Program-made: the position numbers and the translations under genes | Part shown: in pieces, positions 11,401-27,200 of the stretch | Layout: each line of letters starts with the position of its first letter | How positions within the stretch are numbered: the stretch's first letter is position 1 | NCBI GenBank assembly: GCA_964247055.1 | Contig: OZ176050.1 | Coordinates: forward strand, 1,302,001 to 1,366,000 | Origin: Paragordius varius | Taxonomy: Eukaryota > Animalia > Nematomorpha | Reading direction: 5' to 3' | DNA length: 64,000 nt | The notes under the pieces: model-generated | Database searches by the model: none | Told to the model about the DNA's origin: nothing | The model's input: the letters and a program-made list of their open reading frames with translations, nothing else

Positions 11401-12967
11401 AAAATATAGAGATAGTTTGGCAAACTCATTCATATCCGATTTTTACAACGATACTTTAAAAATTAATGTATAAAACTAGTCGTATCAATAAATCGCATCA
11501 ATACTCAAGTTAAACGTTGTCCTTAAAAATCGTATATTGGTCACCGGTAAACAAAATTATTTTTTATTCATTCTCTTAGTAGGACTACATCAAAATATAG
11601 AGATAGTTTGGCAAACTCTTTCATATCCGATTTTTACAACGATACTTTAAAAATTAATGTATAAAACTAGTCGCATCAATACTCAAGTTAAACTTTGTCC
11701 TTAAAAATCGAATATTGGTCACCGGTGAACAAAATTATTTTTTATACATTCTCTTAGCAAGACTACATCAAAATATAGAGATAGTTTGACAAACTCTTTC
11801 ATATCCGATTTTTACAACGATACTTTAAAAATTAATGTATTCAAGTTAAATTTTGTCCTTAAAAATGGGATATTGGTCACCGGTGAACAAAACTATTTTT
11901 TATACATTCTCTTAGTAAGACTACATCAAAATATAGAGATAGTTTGACAAACTATTTCATATCCGATTTTTACAACGATACTTTAAAAATTAATGTATAA
12001 AACTAGTCGCATCAATACTTAAGTTAAACTTTGTCCTTAAAAATCGGATATTGGTCACCCGTGAACAAAATTATTTTATATACATTCTCTTAGTAAGACA
12101 CATCAAAATATAGAAATAGTTTGACAAACTCTTTCATATCCGATTTTTACAACGATACTTTAAAAATTAATGTGTTAAACTAGTCGCATCAATACTCAAA
12201 TTAAACTTTGTCCTTAAAAATCGGATTTTAGTCACCGGTGAACAAAATAATTTTTTATATATTTTCTTAGTAAGACTACATCAAAATATAGAGATAGTTT
12301 GAGAAACTCTTTCATATCCGATTTTTACAACGATACTTTAAAAATTAATGTATAAAACTAGTCGCATCAATATTCAAGTTAAACTTTGTCCTTAAAAATC
12401 GAATATTGGTCACCGGTTAACAAAATTATTTTTTATACATTCTCTTAGTAAGACTACATCAAAATATAGAGATAGTTTGACAAACTCTTTCATATCCGAT
12501 TTTTACAACGATACTTTAAAAATTAATGTGTTAAACTAGTCGCATCAATACTCAAGTTAAACTTTGTCCTTAAAAATCGGATATTGGTCACCGGTGAACA
12601 TAATTTTTTATACATTCTCTTAGTAAGACTACAGCAAAATATAGAGATAGTTTGACAAACTCTTTCATATCCGATTTTTACAACGATACTTTAAAAATTA
12701 ATGTATTAAACTAGTCGCATCAATACTCAAGTTAAACTTTGTCCTTAAAAATCGGATATTGGTCACCGGTGAACAAAATTATTTTTTATACATTCTCTTA
12801 GCAAGACTACATCAAAATATAGAGAATGATTGACAAACTCTTTCATATCCGATTTTTACAACGATACTTTAAAAATTAATGTATTAAACTAGTCGCATCA
12901 ATACTCAAGTTAAACTTTGTCCTTAAAAATCGGATATTGGTCACCGGTGAACAAAATTATTTTTTTT

Positions 12968-15900
12968 ACATTCTCTTAGTAGGACTACATCAAAATATAG
13001 AGATAGTTTGGCAAACTCTTTCATATCCGATTTTTACAACGATACTTTAAAAATTAATGTATAAAACTAGTCGCATCAATACTCAAGTTAAACTTTGTCC
13101 TTAAAAATCGAATATTGGTCACCGGTGAACAAAATTATTTTTTATACATTCTCTTAGCAAGACTACATCAAAATATAGAGATAGTTTGACAAACTCTTTC
13201 ATATCCGATTTTTACAACGATACTTTAAAAATTAATGTACTCAAGTTTTGTCCTTAAAAATGGGATATTGGTCACCGGTGAACAAAACTATTTTTTATAC
13301 ATTCTCTTAGTAAGACTACATCAAAATATAGAGATAGTTTGACAAACTCTTTCATATCCGATTTTTACAACGATACTTTAAAAATTAATGTGTTAAACTA
13401 GTCGCATCAATACTCAAGTTAAACTTTGTCCTTAAAAATCGGATATTGGTCACCGGTGAACAAAATAATTTTTTATACATTCTCTTAGTAAGACTACAGC
13501 AAAATATAGAGATAGTTTGACAAACTCTTTCATATCCGATTTTTACAACGATACTTTAAAAATTAATGTATTAAACTAGTCGCATCAATACTCAAGTTAA
13601 ACTTTGTCCTTAAAAATCGGATATTGGTCACCGGTGAACAAAATTATTTTTTATACATTCTCTTAGCAAGACTACATCAAAATATAGAGAATGTTTGACA
13701 AACTCTTTCATATCCGATTTTTACAACGATACTTTTAAAATTAATGTATTAAACTAGTCGCATCAATACTCAAGTTAAACTTTGTCCTTAAAAATCGGAT
13801 ATTGGTCACCGGTGAACAAAATTATTTTTTTTACATTCTCTTAGCAAGACTACATCAAAATATAGAGATAGTTTAACAAACTCTTTCATATCCGATTTTT
13901 ACAACGATACTTTAAAAATTAATGTATAAAACTAGTTGTATCAATAAGTCGCATCAATACTTAAGTTAAACTTTGTCCTTAAAAATCGGATATTGGTCAC
14001 CGCTAAACAAAATTATTATTTATACATTCTCTTAGTAAGACTACAGCAAAATATAGATTTAGTTTGACAAACTCTTTCATATCCGATTTTTACAACGATA
14101 CTTTAAAAATTAATGTATTAAACTAGTCGCATGAATACTCAAGTTAAACTTTGTCCTTAAAAATCGGATATTGGTCACCGGTGAACAAAATTATTTTTTT
14201 TACATTCTCTTAGCAAGACTACATCAAAATATAGAGATAGTTTGACAAACTCTTTCATATCCGATTTTTACAACGATACTTTATAAATTAATGTATAAAA
14301 CTAGTTGTATCAATAAGTCGCATCAATACTTAAGTTAAACTTTGTCCTTAAAAATCGGATATTGGTCACCGCTGAACAAAATTATTATTTATCCATTCTC
14401 TTAGTAAGACTACAGCAAAATATAGATTTAGTTTGACAAACTCTTTCATATCCGATTTTTACAACGATACTTTAAAAATTAATGTATTAAACTAGTCGCA
14501 TGAATACTCAAGTTAAACTTTGTCCTTAAAAATCAGATATTGGTCACCGGTGAACAAAATTATTTTTTTTACATTCTCTTAGCAAGACTACATCAAAATA
14601 TAGAGATAGTTTGACAAACTCTTTCATATCCGATTTTTACAACGATACTTTATAAATTAATGTATAAAACTAGTCGTATCAATAAGTCGCATCAATACTC
14701 AAGTTAAACGTTCTCCTTAAAAATCGGATATTGGTCACCGGTGAACAAAATTATTTTTTATACATTCTCTTAGTAGGACTACATCAAAATATAGAGATAG
14801 TTTGGCAAACTCTTTCATATCCGATTTTTACAACGATACTTTAAAAATTAATGTGTAAAACTAGTCGCATCAATACTCAAGTTAAACTTTGTCCTTAAAA
14901 ATCGAATATTGGTCACCGGTGAACAAAATTATTTTTTATACATTCTCTTAGTAAGACTACATCAAAATATAGAGATAGTTTGACAAACTCTTTCATATCC
15001 GATTTTTACAACGATACTTTAAAAATTAATGTGTTAAACTAGTCGCATCAATACTCAAATTAAACTTTGTCCTTAAAAATCGGATATTGGTCACCGGTGA
15101 ACAAAATTATTTTTTATATATTCTCTTAGCAAGACTACATCAAAATATAGAGATAGTTTGACAAACTCTTTCATATCCGATTTTTACAACGATACTTAAA
15201 AATTAATGTATAAAATTAGTCGTATCAATAAATCGCATCAATACTCAAGTTAAACTTTGTCCTTAATCGGATATTGGTCACCGGTGAACAAAATTATTTT
15301 TTATACATTCTCTTAGTAGGACTACATCAAAATATAGAGATAGTTTGGCAAATTCTTTCATATCCGATTTTTACAACGATACTTTAAAAATTAATGTATA
15401 AAACTAGTCGCATCAATACTCAAGTTAAACTTTGTCCTTAAAAATCGAATATTGGTCACCGGTGAACAAAATTATTTTTTATACATTCTCTTAGCAAGAC
15501 TACATCAAAATATAGAGATAGTTTGACAAACTCTTTCATATCCGATTTTTACAACGATACTTTAAAAATTAATGTACTCAAGTTTTGTCCTTAAAAATGG
15601 GATATTGGTCACCGGTGAACAAAACTATTTTTTATACATTCTCTTAGTAAGACTACATCAAAATATAGAGATAGTTTGACAAACTCTTTCATATCCGATT
15701 TTTACAACGATACTTTAAAAATTAATGTGTTAAACTAGTCGCATCAATACTCAAGTTAAACTTTGTCCTTAAAAATCGGATATTGGTCACCGGTGAACAA
15801 AATTATTTTTTATACATTCTCTTAGTAAGACTACAGCAAAATATAGAGATAGTTTGACAAACTCTTTCATATCCGATTTTTACAACGATACTTTAAAAAT

Positions 15901-17193
15901 TAATGTATTAAACTAGTCGCATCAATACTCAAGTTAAACTTTGTCCTTAAAAATCGGATATTGGTCACCGGTGAACAAAATTATTTTTTATACATTCTCT
16001 TAGCAAGACTACATCAAAATATAGAGAATGTTTGACAAACTCTTTCATATCCGATTTTTACAACGATACTTTAAAAATTAATGTATTAAACTAGTCGCAT
16101 CAATACTCAAGTTAAACTTTGTCCTTAAAAATCGGATATTGGTCACCGGTGAACAAAATTATTTTTTTTACATTCTCTTAGCAAGACTACATCAAAATAT
16201 AGAGATAGTTTAACAAACTCTTTCATATCCGATTTTTACAACGATACTTTAAAAATTAATGTATAAAACTAGTTGTATCAATAAGTCGCATCAATACTTA
16301 AGTTAAACTTTGTCCTTAAAAATCGGATATTGGCCACCGCTGAACAAAATTATTATTTATACATTCTCTTAGTAAGACTACAGCAAAATATAGATTTAGT
16401 TTGACAAACTCTTTCATATCCGATTTTTACAACGATACTTTAAAAATTAATGTATTAAACTAGTCGCATGAATACTCAAGTTAAACTTTGTCCTTAAAAA
16501 TCGGATATTGGTCACCGGTGAACAAAATTATTTTTTTTACATTCTCTTAGCAAGACTACATCAAAATATAGAGATAGTTTGACAAACTCTTTCATATCCG
16601 ATTTTTACAACGATACTTTATAAATTAATGTATAAAACTAGTTGTATCAATAAGTCGCATCAATACTTAAGTTAAACTTTGTCCTTAAAAATCGGATATT
16701 GGTCACCGCTGAACAAAATTATTATTTATACATTCTCTTAGTAAGACTACAGCAAAATATAGATTTAGTTTGACAAACTCTTTCATATCCGATTTTTACA
16801 ACGATACTTTAAAAATTAATGTATTAAACTAGTCGCATGAATACTCAAGTTAAACTTTGTCCTTAAAAATCGGATATTGGTCACCGGTGAACAAAATTAT
16901 TTTTTTTACATTCTCTTAGCAAGACTACATCAAAATATAGAGATAGTTTGACAAACTCTTTCATACCCGATTTTTACAACGATACTTTATAAATTAATGT
17001 ATAAAACTAGTCGTATCAATAAGTCGCATCAATACTCAAGTTAAACGTTGTCCTTAAAAATCGGATATTGGTCACCGGTGAACAAAATTATTTTTTATAC
17101 ATTCTCTTAGTAGGACTACATCAAAATATAGAGATAGTTTGGCAAACTCTTTCATATCCGATTTTTACAACGATACTTTAAAAATTAATGTGT
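12968..17193. repeat. Block duplication 12968-14856 = 15305-17193 (offset 2,337 bp, 13 monomers) containing a 369-bp dimer repeat
   Basis: 153-bp unit junctions at 13240/15577. CCGCT at 14003/16340. GCATGAAT at 14133, 14502, 16470, 16839 (369-bp spacing within pairs). About 10 differences seen by eye. Confidence 0.88.
13112..13264 (+). repeat. 153-bp monomer variant (20-bp plus 5-bp deletion)
   Basis: Reads AATGTACTCAAGTTTTGTCC; unit length 153. Same form near 15577 and 17739. Confidence 0.9.
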
Positions 17194-18270
17194 TAAACTA
17201 GTCGCATCAATACTCAAATTAAACTTTGTCCTTAAAAATCGGATATTGGTCACCGGTGAACAAAATTATTTTTTATATATTCTCTTAGCAAGACTACATC
17301 AAAATATAGAGATAGTTTGACAAACTCTTTCATATCCGATTTTTACAACGATACTTAAAAATTAATGTATAAAACTAGTCGTATCAATAAATCGCATCAA
17401 TACTCAAGTTAAACTTTGTCCTTAAAAATCGAATATTGGTCACCGGTGAACAAAATTATTTTTTATACATTCTCTTAGTAAGACTACATCAAAATATAGA
17501 GATAGTTTGACAAACTCTTTCATATCCGATTTTTACAACGATACTTTAAAAATTAATGTATAAAACTAGTCGCATCAATACTTAAGTTAAACTTTGTCCT
17601 TAAAAATCGGATATTGGTCACCGCTGAACAAAATTATTATTTATACATTCTCTTAGCAAGACTACATCAAAATATAGAGATAGTTTGACAAACTCTTTCA
17701 TATCCGATTTTTACAACGATACTTTAAAAATTAATGTACTCAAGTTTTGTCCTTAAAAATGGGATATTGGTCACCGGTGAACAAAACTATTTTTTATACA
17801 TTCTCTTAGTAAGACTACATCAAAATATAATAGTTTGACAAACTATTTCATATCCGATTTTTACAACCATACTTTAAAAATTAATATATAAAACTAGTCG
17901 CATCAATACTTAAGTTAAACTTTGTCCTTAAAAATCGGATATTGGTCACCGCTGAACAAAATTATTTTTTATACATTCTCTTAGTAGGACTACATCAAAA
18001 TATAGAGATAGTTTGGCAAACTCTTTCATATCCGATTTTTACAACGATACTTTAAAAATTAATGTGTAAAACTAGTCGCATCAATACTCAAGTTAAACTT
18101 TGTCCTTAAAAATCGAATATTGGTCACCGGTGAACAAAATTATTTTTTATACATTCTCTTAGTAAGACTACATCAAAATATAGAGATAGTTTGACAAACT
18201 CTTTCATATCCGATTTTTACAACGATACTTTAAAAATTAATGTGTTAAACTAGTCGCATCAATACTCAAA

Positions 18271-21200
18271 TTAAACTTTGTCCTTAAAAATCGGATATTG
18301 GTCACCGGTGAACAAAATTATTTTTTATATATTCTCTTAGCAAGACTACATCAAAATATAGAGATAGTTTGACAAACTCTTTCATATCCGATTTTTACAA
18401 AGATACTTAAAAATTAATGTATAATACTAGTCGTATCAATAAATCGCATCAATACTCAAGTTAAACTTTGTCCTTAATCGGATATTGGTCACCGGTGAAC
18501 AAAATTATTTTTTATACATTCTCTTAGTAGGACTACATCAAAATATAGAGATAGTTTGGCAAACTCTTTCATATCCGATTTTTACAACGATACTTTAAAA
18601 ATGAATGTATAAAACTAGTCGCATCAATACTCAAGTTAAATTATGTCCTTAAAAATGGGATATTGGTCACCGGTGAACAAAACTATTTTTTATACATTCT
18701 CTTAGTAAGACTACATCAAAATATAATAGTTTGACAAACTATTTCATATCCGATTTTTACAACCATACTTTAAAAATTAATGTATAAAACTAGTCGCATC
18801 AATACTTAAGTTAAACTTTGTCCTTAAAAATCGGATATTGGTCACCGCTGAACAAAATTATTATTTATACATTCTCTTAGTAAGACTACATTAAAATATA
18901 GAAATAGTTTGACAAACTCTTTCATATCCGATTTTTACAACGATACTTTAATTAATGTGTTAAACTAGTCGCATCAATACTCAAATTAAACTTTGTCCTT
19001 AAAAATCGGATATTGGTCACCGGTGAACAAAATTATTTTTTATATATTCTCTTAGCAAGACTACATCAAAATATAGAGATAGTTTGACAAACTCTTTCAT
19101 ATCCGATTTTTACAACGATACTTAAAAATTAATGTATAAAACTAGTCGTATCAATAAATCGCATCAATACTCAAGTTAAACTTTGTCCTTAATCGGATAT
19201 TGGTCACCGGTGAACAAAATTATTTTTTATACATTCTCTTAGTAGGACTACATCAAAATATAGAGATAGTTTGGCAAACTCTTTCATATCCGATTTTTAC
19301 AACGATACTTTAAAAATTAATGTATAAAACTAGTCGCATCAATACTCAAGTTAAACTTTGTCCTTAAAAATCGAATATTGGTCACCGGTGAACAAAATTA
19401 TTTTTTATACATTCTCTTAGCAAGACTACATCAAAATATAGAGATAGTTTGACAAACTCTTTCACGATTTTTACAACGATACTTTAAAAATTAATGTACT
19501 CAAGTTAAATTTTGTCCTTAAAAATGGGATATTGGTCACCGGTGAACAAAACTATTTTTTATACATTCTCTTAGTAAGACTACATCAAAATATAATAGTT
19601 TGACAAACTATTTCATATCCGATTTTTACAACCATACTTTAAAAAATAATGTATAAAACTAGTCGCATCAATACTTAAGTTAAACTTTGTCCTTAAAAAT
19701 CGGATATTGGTCACCGCTGAACAAAATTATTATTTATACATTCTCTTAGTAAGACTACATTAAAATATAGAAATAGTTTGACAAACTCTTTCATATCCGA
19801 TTTTTACAACGATACTTTAAAAATTAATGTATAAAACTAGTCGCATCAATATTCAAGTTAAACTTTGTCCTTAAAAATCGGATATTGGTCACCGGTGAAC
19901 AAAATTATTTTTTATATATTCTCTTAGCAAGACTACATCAAAATATAGAGATAGTTTGACAAACTCTTTCATATCCGATTTTTACAACGATACTTAAAAA
20001 TTAATGTATAAAACTAGTCGTATCAATAAATCGCATCAATACTTAAGTTAAACTTTGTCCTTAAAAATCGGATATTGGTCACCGCTGAACAAAATTATTA
20101 TTTATACATTCTCTTAGTAAGACTACATCAAAATATAGAAATAGTTTGACAAACTCTTTCATATCCGATTTTTACAACGATACTTTAAAAATTTAAGTGT
20201 TAAACTAGTCGTATCAATACTCAAATTAAACTTTGTCCTTAAAAATCGGATATTGGTCACCGGTGAACAAAATAATTTTTTATATATTTTCTTAGCAAGA
20301 CTACATCAAAATATAGAGATAGTTTGACAAACGCTTTCATATCCGATTTTTACAACGATACTTTAAAAATTAATGTATAAAACTAGTCGTATCAATAAAT
20401 CGCATCAATACTCAAGTTAAACTTTGTCCTTAAAAATCGGATATTGGTCCCCGGTGAACAAAATTATTTTTTATACATTCTCTTAGTAGGACTACATCAA
20501 AATATAGAGATAGTTTGGCAAACTCTTTCATATCCGATTTTTACAACGATACTTTAAAAATTAATGTATAAAACTAGTCGAATCAATATTCAAGTTAAAC
20601 TTTGTCCTTAAAAATCGAATATTGGTCACCGGTGAACAAAATTATTTTTTATACATTCTCTTAGTAAGACTACATCAAAATATAGAGATAGTTTGACAAA
20701 CTCTTTCATATCCGATTTTTACAACGATACTTTAAAAATTAATGTGTTAAACTAGTCGCATCAATACTCAAGTTAAACTTTGTCCTTAAAAATCGGATAT
20801 TGGTCACCGGTGAACAAAATTAATTTTTATACATTCTCTTAGCAAGACTACATCAAAATATAGAGATAGTTTGACAAACTCTTTCATATCCGATTTTTAC
20901 AACGATACTTAATTAATGTATAAAACTAGTCGCATCAATACTCAAGTTAAACTTTGTCCTTAAAAATCGAATATTGGTCACCGGTGAACAAAATTATTTT
21001 TTATACATTCTCTTAGTAAGACTACATCAAAATATAGAAATAGTTTGACTAACTCTTTCATATCCGATTTTTACAACGATACTTTAAAAATTAATGTGTT
21101 AAACTAGTCGCATCAATACTCAAATTAAACTTTGTCCTTAAAAATCGGATATTGGTCACCGGTGAACAAAATTATTTTTTATATATTCTCTTAGCAAGAC

Positions 21201-24200
21201 TACATCAAAATATAGAGATAGTTTGACAAACTCTTTCATATCCGATTTTTACAACGATACTTTAAAAATTAATGTATAAAACTAGTCGTATCAATACTCA
21301 AGTTAAACTTTGTCCTTAAAAATCGGATATTGGTCACCGGTGAACAAAATTAATTTTTATACATTCTCTTAGCAAGACTACATCAAAATATAGAGATAGT
21401 TTGACAAACTCTTTCATATCCGATTTTTACAACGATACTTTAAAAATTAATGTATAAAACTAGTCGCATCAATACTCAAGTTAAACTTTGTCCTTAAAAA
21501 TCGGATATTGGTCACCGGTGAACAAAATTATTTTTTATACATTCTCTTAGTAAGACTACATCAAAATATAGAAATAGTTTGACTAACTCTTTCATATCCG
21601 ATTTTTACAACGATACTTAAAAATTAATGTATAAAACTAGTCGTATCAATAAATCGCATCAATACTTAAGTTAAACTTTGTCCTTAAAAATCGGATATTG
21701 GTCACCGCTGAACAAAATTATTATTTATACATTCTCTTAGTAAGACTACATCAAAATATAGAAATAGTTTGACAAACTCTTTCATATCCGATTTTTACAA
21801 CGATACTTTAAAAATTAATGTGTTAAACTAGTCGTATCAATACTCAAATTAAACTTTGTCCTTAAAAATCGGATATTGGTCACCGGTGAACAAAATAATT
21901 TTTTATATATTTTCTTAGCAAGACTACATCAAAATATAGAGATAGTTTGACAAACGCTTTCATATCCGATTTTTACAACGATACTTTAAAAATTAATGTA
22001 TAAAACTAGTCGTATCAATAAATCGCATCAATACTCAAGTTAAACTTTGTCCTTAAAAATCGGATATTGGTCACCGGTGAACAAAATTATTTTTTATACA
22101 TTCTCTTAGTAGGACTACATCAAAATATAGAGATAGTTTGGCAAACTCTTTCATATCCGATTTTTACAACGATACTTTAAAAATTAATGTATAAAACTAG
22201 TCGAATCAATATTCAAGTTAAACTTTGTCCTTAAAAATCGAATATTGGTCACCGGTGAACAAAATTATTTTTTATACATTCTCTTAGTAAGACTACATCA
22301 AAATATAGAGATAGTTTGACAAACTCTTTCATATCCGATTTTTACAACGATACTTTAAAAATTAATGTGTTAAACTAGTCGCATCAATACTCAAGTTAAA
22401 CTTTGTCCTTAAAAATCGGATATTGGTCACCGGTGAACAAAATTAATTTTTATACATTCTCTTAGCAAGACTACATCAAAATATAGAGATAGTTTGACAA
22501 ACTCTTTCATATCCGATTTTTACAACGATACTTAATTAATGTATAAAACTAGTCGCATCAATACTCAAGTTAAACTTTGTCCTTAAAAATCGAATATTGG
22601 TCACCGGTGAACAAAATTATTTTTTATACATTCTCTTAGTAAGACTACATCAAAATATAGAGATAGTTTGACAAACTCTTTCATATCCGATTTTTACAAC
22701 GATACTTTAAAAATTAATGTATAAAACTAGTCGTATCAATACTCAAGTTAAACTTTGTCCTTAAAAATCGGATATTGGTCACCGGTGAACAAAATTAATT
22801 TTTATACATTCTCTTAGCAAGACTACATCAAAATATAGAGATAGTTTGACAAACTCTTTCATATCCGATTTTTACAACGATACTTTAAAAATTAATGTAT
22901 AAAACTAGTCGCATCAATACTCAAGTTAAACTTTGTCCTTAAAAATCGGATATTGGTCACCGGTGAACAAAATTATTTTTTATACATTCTCTTAGTAAGA
23001 CTACATCAAAATATAGAAATAGTTTGACTAACTCTTTCATATCCGATTTTTACAACGATACTTTAAAAATTAATGTGTTAAACTAGTCGCATCAATACTC
23101 AAGTTAAACTTTGTCTTAAAAATCGGATATTGGTCACCGGTGAACAAAATTATTTTTTATATATTCTCTTAGTAAGACTACATCAAAATATAGAGATAGT
23201 TTGACAAACTCGTTCATATCCGATTTTTACAACGATACTTTAAAAATTAATGTATTAAACTAGTCGCATCAATACTCAAGTTAAACTTTGTCCTTAAAAA
23301 TCGGATATTGGTCACCGGTCAAAATAATTTTTTATACATTCTCTTAGTAAGACTACAGCAAAATATAGATTTAGTTTGACAAACTCTTTCATATCCGATT
23401 TTTACAACGATACTTTAAAAATTAATGTATTAAACTAGTCGCATCAATACTCAAGTTAAACTTTGTCCTTAAAAATCGGATATTGGTCACCGGTGAACAA
23501 AATTATTTTTTTTGCACTCTTAGCAAGACTACATCAAAATATAGAGATAGTTTGACAAACGCTTTCATATCCGATTTTTACAACGATACTTTAAAAATTA
23601 ATGTATAAAACTAGTCATATCAATAAATCGCATCAATACTCAAGTTAAACTTTGTCCTTAAAAATCGGATATTGGTCACCGGTGAACAAAATTATTTTTT
23701 ATACATTCTCTTAGTAGGACTACATCAAAATATAGAGATAGTTTGGCAAACTCTTTCATATCCGATTTTTACAACGATACTTTAAAAATTAATGTATAAA
23801 ACTAGTCGCATCAATATTCAAGTTAAACTTGGTCCTTAAAAATCGAATATTGGTCACCGGTGAACAAAATTATTTTTTATACATTCTCTTAGTAAGACTA
23901 CATCAAAATATAGAGATAGTTTGACAAACTCTTTCATATCCGATTTTTACAACGATACTTTAAAAATTAATGTGTTAAACTAGTCGCATCAATACTCAAG
24001 TTAAACTTTGTCCTTAAAAATCGGATATTGGTCACCGGTGAACAAAATTAATTTTTATACATTCTCTTAGCAAGACTACATCAAAATATAGAGATAGTTT
24101 GACAAACTCTTTCATATCCGATTTTTACAACGATACTTAATTAATGTATAAAACTAGTCGCATCAATACTCAAGTTAAACTTTGTCCTTAAAAATCGAAT

Positions 24201-27200
24201 ATTGGTCACCGGTGAACAAAATTATTTTTTATACATTCTCTTAGTAAGACTACATCAAAATATAGAGATAGTTTGACAAACTCTTTCATATCCGATTTTT
24301 ACAACGATACTTTAAAAATTAATGTATAAAACTAGTCGTATCAATACTCAAGTTAAACTTTGTCCTTAAAAATCGGATATTGGTCACCGGTGAACAAAAT
24401 TAATTTTTATACATTCTCTTAGCAAGACTACATCAAAATATAGAGATAGTTTGACAAACTCTTTCATATCCGATTTTTACAACGATACTTTAAAAATTAA
24501 TGTATAAAACTAGTCGCATCAATACTCAAGTTAAACTTTGTCCTTAAAAATCGGATATTGGTCACCGGTGAACAAAATTATTTTTTATACATTCTCTTAG
24601 TAAGACTACATCAAAATATAGAAATAGTTTGACTAACTCTTTCATATCCGATTTTTACAACGATACTTTAAAAATTAATGTGTTAAACTAGTCGCATCAA
24701 TACTCAAGTTAAACTTTGTCTTAAAAATCGGATATTGGTCACCGGTGAACAAAATTATTTTTTATATATTCTCTTAGTAAGACTACATCAAAATATAGAG
24801 ATAGTTTGACAAACTCGTTCATATCCGATTTTTACAACGATACTTTAAAAATTAATGTATTAAACTAGTCGCATCAATACTCAAGTTAAACTTTGTCCTT
24901 AAAAATCGGATATTGGTCACCGGTCAAAATAATTTTTTATACATTCTCTTAGTAAGACTACAGCAAAATATAGATTTAGTTTGACAAACTCTTTCATATC
25001 CGATTTTTACAACGATACTTTAAAAATTAATGTATTAAACTAGTCGCATCAATACTCAAGTTAAACTTTGTCCTTAAAAATCGGATATTGGTCACCGGTG
25101 AACAAAATTATTTTTTTTGCACTCTTAGCAAGACTACATCAAAATATAGAGATAGTTTGACAAACGCTTTCATATCCGATTTTTACAACGATACTTTAAA
25201 AATTAATGTATAAAACTAGTCATATCAATAAATCGCATCAATACTCAAGTTAAACTTTGTCCTTAAAAATCGGATATTGGTCACCGGTGAACAAAATTAT
25301 TTTTTATACATTCTCTTAGTAGGACTACATCAAAATATAGAGATAGTTTGGCAAACTCTTTCATATCCGATTTTTACAACGATACTTTAAAAATTAATGT
25401 ATAAAACTAGTCGCATCAATATTCAAGTTAAACTTGGTCCTTAAAAATCGAATATTGGTCACCGGTGAACAAAATTATTTTTTATACATTCTCTTAGTAA
25501 GACTACATCAAAATATAGAAATAGTTTGACTAACTCTTTCATATCCGATTTTTACAACGATACTTTAAAAATTAATGTGTTAAACTAGTCGCATCAATAC
25601 TCAAATTAAACTTTGTCCTTAAAAATCGGATATTGGTCACCGGTGAACAAAATTATTTTTTATATATTCTCTTAGCAAGACTACATCAAAATATAGAGAT
25701 AGTTTGGCAAACTCTTTCATATCCGATTTTTACAACGATACTTAATTAATGTATAAAACTAGTCGCATCAATACTCAAGTTAAACTTTGTCCTTAAAAAT
25801 CGAATATTGGTCACCGGTGAACAAAATTATTTTTTATACATTCTCTTAGCAAGACTACATCAAAATATAGAGATAGTTTGACAAACTCTTTCATATCCGA
25901 TTTTTACAACGATACTTTAAAAATTAATGTATAAAACTAGTCGCATCAATACTCAAGTTAAACTTTGTCCTTAAAAATCGGATATTGGTCACCGGTGAAC
26001 AAAATTATTTTTTATACATTCTCTTAGTAAGACTACATCAAAATATAGAAATAGTTTGACTAACTCTTTCATATCCGATTTTTACAACGATACTTTAAAA
26101 ATTAATGTGTTAAACTAGTCGCATCAATACTCAAGTTAAACTTTGTCTTAAAAATCGGATATTGGTCACCGGTGAACAAAATTATTTTTTATATATTCTC
26201 TTAGTAAGACTACATCAAAATATAGAGATAGTTTGACAAACTCTTTCATATCCGATTTTTACAACGATACTTTAAAAATTAATGTATTAAACTAGTCGCA
26301 TCAATACTCAAGTTAAACTTTGTCCTTAAAAATCGGATATTGGTCACCGGTCAAAATAATTTTTTATACATTCTCTTAGTAAGACTACAGCAAAATATAG
26401 ATTTAGTTTGACAAACTCTTTCATATCCGATTTTTACAACGATACTTTAAAAATTAATGTATTAAACTAGTCGCATCAATACTCAAGTTAAACTTTGTCC
26501 TTAAAAATCGGATATTGGTCACCGGTGAACAAAATTATTTTTTTTGCACTCTTAGCAAGACTACATCAAAATATAGAGATAGTTTGACAAACGCTTTCAT
26601 ATCCGATTTTTACAACGATACTTTAAAAATTAATGTATAAAACTAGTCATATCAATAAATCGCATCAATACTCAAGTTAAACTTTGTCCTTAAAAATCGG
26701 ATATTGGTCACCGGTGAACAAAATTATTTTTTATACATTCTCTTAGTAGGACTACATCAAAATATAGAGATAGTTTGGCAAACTCTTTCATATCCGATTT
26801 TACAACGATACTTTAAAAATTAATGTATAAAACTAGTCGCATCAATATTCAAGTTAAACTTGGTCCTTAAAAATCGAATATTGGTCACCGGTGAACAAAA
26901 TTATTTTTTATACATTCTCTTAGTAAGACTACATCAAAATATAGAAATAGTTTGACTAACTCTTTCATATCCGATTTTTACAACGATACTTTAAAAATTA
27001 ATGTGTTAAACTAGTCGCATCAATACTCAAATTAAACTTTGTCCTTAAAAATCGGATATTGGTCACCGGTGAACAAAATTATTTTTTATATATTCTCTTA
27101 GCAAGACTACATCAAAATATAGAGATAGTTTGGCAAACTCTTTCATATCCGATTTTTACAACGATACTTAATTAATGTATAAAACTAGTCGCATCAATAC

